NCBI GenBank assembly: GCA_964057225.1
Contig: OZ059897.1
Location: 9,982,001 to 10,046,000, forward strand
From: Auanema rhodensis
Taxonomy: Eukaryota > Animalia > Nematoda
DNA length: 64,000 bases
Direction of reading: 5' to 3'
Shown here: piece by piece, positions 63,730 through 64,000 of the stretch
Layout of the letters: every line of letters begins with the position of its first letter
How positions within the stretch are numbered: position 1 is the first letter of the stretch
Notes under the pieces: model-generated
What the model saw: the letters and a program-made list of their open reading frames with translations, nothing else
Told to the model about the DNA's origin: nothing
Databases searched by the model: none
Program-made: the position numbers and the translations under genes

Positions 63730-63742
63730 CCTCTCTCTCTCC

Positions 63743-63795
<53 letters not shown>

Positions 63796-63824
63796 CCTCT
63801 CCCTCTCTCTCTCTCTCTTTCTCT
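63694..63824. repeat. (CT)n microsatellite
   Basis: ctctct run. Confidence 0.95.
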
Positions 63825-64000
63825 GTCTTTAGTTTATCATATTCTTTCTTTTGTTTTGTTTTTTTTAACGGGATATCGAAGATGATCGTTTAATCACAAG
63901 AAAAGAAAAAACAACAATGATGGAAAGAATTCGATTGAAATACATATTGAAAAAACCGCTTTTATAAAGCTTTTGTCTTTCTTTGTTCTAGCTATGGATT

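Noticed and set aside
1-64000. tRNA, rRNA, CRISPR arrays, intact transposases, horizontally acquired bacterial genes
   Set aside because: None recognised. The APH-like kinase is intron-rich and fits animal HYKK.

Overview
AT-rich eukaryotic DNA from a nematode, probably a rhabditid: dense 42-55 nt introns, TTTCAG-type acceptors and nematode-specific gene families. Because genes are split into many small exons, the ORF track shows only fragments, so I spliced the genes by hand. I can support 14 protein-coding genes: a GAS1-like GPI protein (3' part, phg-1), a small unknown protein, an insulin-like peptide, PPP4R4, two tandem Cys-rich WR1/Lustrin-repeat secreted proteins, a CPG4-like protein, a small 4-TM protein, AGXT, the RNA polymerase I largest subunit (rpoa-1), the receptor tyrosine phosphatase clr-1, a Gly/Trp-rich secreted protein, hydroxylysine kinase and a KCNE/MiRP-like subunit. 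There is also a spliced, apparently non-coding Pol II transcript with a strong promoter, a 199-bp inverted duplication and many microsatellites. The most striking signal is non-canonical splicing. Among roughly 160 introns, three appear to need non-AG 3' splice sites (TTTTCCG in the conserved core of rpoa-1, ATTTCCG, TTTTCTG) and up to four use weak GC donors, while the exons I translated show no frameshifts or premature stops. All gene models are manual and need RNA-seq confirmation.
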